Shown here: piece after piece, positions 60,341 to 64,000 of the stretch
Layout: each line of letters starts with the position of its first letter
Numbering within the stretch: the stretch's first letter is position 1
Assembly (NCBI GenBank): GCA_900617105.1
Contig: UYFQ01000001.1
Location: 2,604,001-2,668,000 of the forward strand
Length of the DNA stretch: 64,000 nucleotides
Direction of reading: 5' to 3'
Source of the DNA: Hydrurus foetidus
Taxonomy: Eukaryota
Notes under the pieces: generated by a model
Databases searched by the model: none
Seen by the model: the letters and a program-made list of their open reading frames with translations, nothing else
Told to the model about the DNA's origin: nothing
Translations under genes and position numbers: made by a program

Positions 60341-61522
60341 ATGTCGCCGAACACCCAGCATTTGGCGTTGCCGTTTTTTGACGACGTTCACCGCACGCTT
60401 GCCTCTGGCCTGGTCGACTGGGCAGCAAGCCAACAAGTAGATGAAACCGATGACCGCGCAGCTTGTCGCGAATGGGTTCAACGCTTAGGCGATACAGGCT
60501 GGTTGCGCTACTGTGTGCCTCAAGAGTTTGGTGGTGCATTGCCTAAGCTCGACTCACGCGCCTTGGTGATCTTGCGTGAGACGCTGGCCTTTCATTCACC
60601 ACTGGCTGATTTTGCCTTTGCCATGCAGGGCTTGGGCAGTGGCGCTATTACGTTGGCGGGTACACCGGCACAACGATCTGCTTATCTGCCCCATGTAGCC
60701 AGCGGCAAAAAGATTGCGGCTTTTGCCTTGAGCGAAGCAGATGCAGGATCAGACGCGGGCGCGATGACGACAAGCGCCGCGCAGACCGGTAAAGGCTGGA
60801 CTCTCAATGGCAGCAAAACCTGGATTAGCAATGGTGGCATTGCCGATTTTTATGTGACGTTTGTGAAGACTGACGCCGATGCAGGCACGCGCGGTATCAC
60901 GCCTTTTATTGTTGATGCCAGCACGTCAGGGTTGGACACCAGCGCGCATATAGCCGTGATGGCACCGCACCCACTGGCCACACTTGAGTTTAAAAACTGC
61001 GTCGTACCAAGTGGCAGTCAATTGGGTGAGCTGAATGTTGGCTTCAAGCTGGCTATGCAAACACTGGACATCTTTCGCGCATCAGTTGCAGCAGCTGCTT
61101 TGGGCATGGCCCGGCGCGCGCTGGCAGAGGCGGTGAGCTATTCAAAGCAGCGCAACATGTTTGGCGGCAAGCTGGCGGACTTTCAACTCACGCAAGCAAA
61201 GCTGGGGGAAATGGCGGCGCTGGTTGATGCGGCGGCGCTGCTGACTTACCGTGCTGCTTGGTTGCGCGATGAAGGTGAGCGGACCGGCAACGTAGCTCGC
61301 GTTACCTCTGAGGCAGCCATGGCCAAAATGACGGCAACAGAAAACGCGCAGCGCGTGATTGACATGGCACTGCAAATGCACGGTGGGCTGGGCGTGAAGG
61401 TGGGTACCAAGGTTGAAAGCCTGTACCGCGACATTCGCTCGCTGCGTATTTATGAAGGGGCAACTGAGGTGCAGCAACTCATCATTGGAAAGGCCTTGGT
61501 CAAAGGTTACTTTGAATCATGA
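60341..61522 (+). CDS. Acyl-CoA dehydrogenase (AbmD-like)
   Basis: [34 protein letters not shown]. Confidence 0.92.
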   Translation: MSPNTQHLALPFFDDVHRTLASGLVDWAASQQVDETDDRAACREWVQRLGDTGWLRYCVPQEFGGALPKLDSRALVILRETLAFHSPLADFAFAMQGLGSGAITLAGTPAQRSAYLPHVASGKKIAAFALSEADAGSDAGAMTTSAAQTGKGWTLNGSKTWISNGGIADFYVTFVKTDADAGTRGITPFIVDASTSGLDTSAHIAVMAPHPLATLEFKNCVVPSGSQLGELNVGFKLAMQTLDIFRASVAAAALGMARRALAEAVSYSKQRNMFGGKLADFQLTQAKLGEMAALVDAAALLTYRAAWLRDEGERTGNVARVTSEAAMAKMTATENAQRVIDMALQMHGGLGVKVGTKVESLYRDIRSLRIYEGATEVQQLIIGKALVKGYFES

Positions 61523-63153
61523 CTTCTTCAAACTCTGCACAGACTGATCGCTTTGTTCATGACCGCTTGCCACCTAGTGAGCAATGTGCACAGATGCGTT
61601 ACGACCTGCCAGAGCTGAACATCGCCAAACAAGCTAATTTGGTAGATGTGCTGTTTGCCCAGATTGAACTACGGGGTTTGATGGGCAAAGCGTTTTTACG
61701 CTCCGACAAGATCACGTTGACTTATGCGGATGCGTGCGAACGTATCAACCGTATTGCTCAGGTACTGACTGAAGACTTTGGCTTGATACCCGGCAACCGC
61801 GTGCTGCTGCGCGGTGGCAATTCGATCGGCATGGCGCTGGCTTGGCTGGGCGTGGTGAAAGCCGGGCTGATTGCTGTGGCAACCATGCCACTCTTGAGAT
61901 CCAAAGAACTAGGTGAGGTGATTGAAAAAGCGCAGATCAGCTTTGCGCTGTGCGATGCCACGCTGGTGGATGAGCTGAACATCGCCAAAGCCTTAACACA
62001 AACGCTTCAAACAGTTGTGCTTTTTAACCTGATGAACGAGGCGGGCTCACTCGCCGTCTTGTCAGCGCAGAAAGACGGCAACTTTAAGGCCTGCCCAACG
62101 GCCGCGGACGACGTCGCCTTGATTGCCTTTACATCAGGCACCACAGGCAAACCCAAGGCAGTTATACACACCCACCGCGATGTGCTGGCTGCCTGCGAGG
62201 CCTGGCCTCGGCACGTGCTGGTCGCGACACCTGACGACATCGTGATGGGCTCTCCTCCGCTGGCTTTTACCTTTGGCTTGGGCGGTTTGTTGTTATTCCC
62301 ATTTTCGGCGGGCGCATCAAGCTACTTTCCGTCGATCCCTTACACACCCGAGGCGATGGTCAAGTTGATCAGTGAGACCCGCGCCACCATTGTTTACACC
62401 GCGCCTACTTTTTTCAGGCAAATGGCGGCGTTTGCCAAGCCGATGGGTCTGCCCTCATTGCGCCTATGCGTGAGTGCAGGCGAAGCACTTCCAGACGCCA
62501 CACGCCAGCTCTGGAAAAACGCTACCGGTGTTGAGATGCTGGACGGCATTGGCGCGACTGAGATGTTCCATATTTTTATTTCCAGCAAACCAGCCGATGT
62601 GCGGCGCGGCGCGATTGGCAAAGTCGTGCCGGGCTACACCGCTAAAGTCGTCAATGACGAGGGCCAAGAAGTACCTGTGGGCAGCGTCGGCAAGCTGGCG
62701 GTGATGGGGCCGACGGGCTGCAAATACTTGGACGACCCGCGCCAAGCCAAGTACGTCAAAGACGGCTGGAACTACCCCGGCGATGCCTTCACGCAAGACG
62801 CAGACGGCTACTTTTTTTACCAGGCGCGTGACGACGACATGATCATCACGTCCGGCTACAACGTCGGCGGCCCCGAGGTTGAAGATGCACTGATGCGGCA
62901 CCCGGCAGTGGCTGAATGCGGCGTGGTTGGCCTGCCAGACGATGAGCGCGGTATGGTGATTAAGGCGTTTGTCGTGCTCAAGCCCGGCGTTGAAGGCAAT
63001 GCTGACAGCGTGAAGCTTTTGCAAGACCACGTTAAAGTCACGCTGGCGCCGTTTAAATACCCGCGCCAGATAGAGTTTATAAACCAGTTGCCACGCACCG
63101 AGACAGGCAAGCTGCAGCGCTTTAGATTACGCAACCCTGGGGCGGATAAATGA
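61519..63153 (+). CDS. 2-aminobenzoate-CoA ligase-like AMP-binding enzyme (AbmG-like)
   Basis: FTSGTTGKPK, SAGE, GIGATE, TGKLQRF. Confidence 0.88.
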   Translation: MTSSNSAQTDRFVHDRLPPSEQCAQMRYDLPELNIAKQANLVDVLFAQIELRGLMGKAFLRSDKITLTYADACERINRIAQVLTEDFGLIPGNRVLLRGGNSIGMALAWLGVVKAGLIAVATMPLLRSKELGEVIEKAQISFALCDATLVDELNIAKALTQTLQTVVLFNLMNEAGSLAVLSAQKDGNFKACPTAADDVALIAFTSGTTGKPKAVIHTHRDVLAACEAWPRHVLVATPDDIVMGSPPLAFTFGLGGLLLFPFSAGASSYFPSIPYTPEAMVKLISETRATIVYTAPTFFRQMAAFAKPMGLPSLRLCVSAGEALPDATRQLWKNATGVEMLDGIGATEMFHIFISSKPADVRRGAIGKVVPGYTAKVVNDEGQEVPVGSVGKLAVMGPTGCKYLDDPRQAKYVKDGWNYPGDAFTQDADGYFFYQARDDDMIITSGYNVGGPEVEDALMRHPAVAECGVVGLPDDERGMVIKAFVVLKPGVEGNADSVKLLQDHVKVTLAPFKYPRQIEFINQLPRTETGKLQRFRLRNPGADK

Positions 63154-63542
63154 TGAAACTCCAACCACCTGACTGGCTTGAGCCCAAAGGCTACGCGAAC
63201 GGCGTCGTGGCCCGCGGCGCGTTGATTTTTGTTGGTGGCCAGATTGGATGGAATGCGGCTCAGGTGTTTGAAAGCGACGACTTTATTGCGCAAACTCGCC
63301 AAGCGTTGATCAATATTGCGGCCGTGCTCAAAGCCGGCGGTGCAGGCCCCGAGCACATGGTGCGCATGACCTGGTACGTCACCGACCGGGCTGAATACAA
63401 AGCCCGGCTAAGAGAGCTGGGTGGGGTTTACCGCGAAGTGATGGGCAAGAACTTCCCGGCAATGACCTGCGTTGAAATATCAGGCCTGGTAGAAGACCGG
63501 GCCAAAATTGAGATTGAGGTGACAGCGGTCTTGCCAGATTGA
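63150..63542 (+). CDS. RidA/YjgF family protein
   Basis: GYANG, GGQIG, FPAMT, KIEIE. Confidence 0.9.
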   Translation: MMKLQPPDWLEPKGYANGVVARGALIFVGGQIGWNAAQVFESDDFIAQTRQALINIAAVLKAGGAGPEHMVRMTWYVTDRAEYKARLRELGGVYREVMGKNFPAMTCVEISGLVEDRAKIEIEVTAVLPD

Positions 63543-63619
63543 CATGACATGACATGAGAGTTGCCTGAAAGACCGCATAAACGGCTGTTTTAGAGCGATT
63601 TAAGGCTAAAATACGAGTG

Positions 63620-63662
63620 TGGACCAATAAATACGGGCGCAAATAGCTATTAAATATATAGC
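63620..63662 (+). repeat. 43-bp dispersed repeat, copy 14
   Basis: TGGACCAATAAATACGGGCGCAAATAGCTATTAAATATATAGC. Confidence 0.88.
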
Positions 63663-63680
63663 AATAGCAGCGTTAAATCT

Positions 63681-64000
63681 TTAGCGCACAACGACTGTGA
63701 CCTCAATCGTCACTCGTCGATCAGGCTGCAAACATTGAATCAGCGCTGCGCGGCTGGCTTTAGAGTTGCACGCTGGACTGACTGGTTCGAGCTTGCCTTT
63801 GCCGACTGCATCAAAGGCGCTTGACTTCACATCCAACGATTCGAGGTAGGTCTGCACCGTTTTCGCGCGAGCAAGTGAAAGCGTGTCGTTGTCTGTGTCC
63901 AAGCCTATCCTGTCCGTGTAGCCCACAACGCTAATGCTCTGAATGGTCTGGTATGACTTCAAACGCATGGCGACGTCTGCCAGGCGTTGTTGGCCGCCGG
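63681..64000 (-). CDS. OmpA-family C-terminal domain protein (5' part outside the window)
   Basis: GYTDRIG, LSLARA, GKG...C...CLQPDRRV. Confidence 0.85.
   Translation of the reverse strand, partial: GGQQRLADVAMRLKSYQTIQSISVVGYTDRIGLDTDNDTLSLARAKTVQTYLESLDVKSSAFDAVGKGKLEPVSPACNSKASRAALIQCLQPDRRVTIEVTVVVR

Noticed and set aside
3239..63662. 43-bp repeats as a CRISPR array or integron attC sites
   Set aside because: Copies are kilobases apart, on both strands and beside core genes. There are no regular spacers and no cas or integrase gene.

Overview
Bacterial chromosomal window, most likely Betaproteobacteria/Comamonadaceae (Polaromonas/Rhodoferax-like; inferred from gene content and order). 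The first ~41 kb is mostly housekeeping: ABC/Bug transporters, dgt-aroB-aroK-pilQPONM / mrcA, cyaY-lptM-lysA, msrPQ, cytochrome c4, yihA, miaB, tRNA-Met, dsbC, ychF and dusB-fis-purH. A photolyase/DUF3429/nei DNA-repair trio sits inside it. From ~42 to 56.5 kb lies a nicotinamide/nicotinate catabolic cluster. It joins a NicAB-type cytochrome-fused molybdenum hydroxylase to the reductive 6-hydroxynicotinate reductase/enamidase route. Four of its genes carry stops or frameshifts, while the transporter and a Tat-signal nicotinamidase remain open. An abm-like aminobenzoyl/salicylyl-CoA operon follows. Two unannotated structures stand out. (1) A 43-bp motif that aligns without gaps occurs 14 times; 12 copies are co-oriented with local transcription and 7 overlap coding sequence, 3 of them fully in frame. 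(2) A ~740-bp nested palindromic element has ~135-bp terminal inverted repeats that begin with that motif, and is flanked by a mirror-image G/T strand-skew halo. All family assignments come from motif recognition by eye; no database searches were run.
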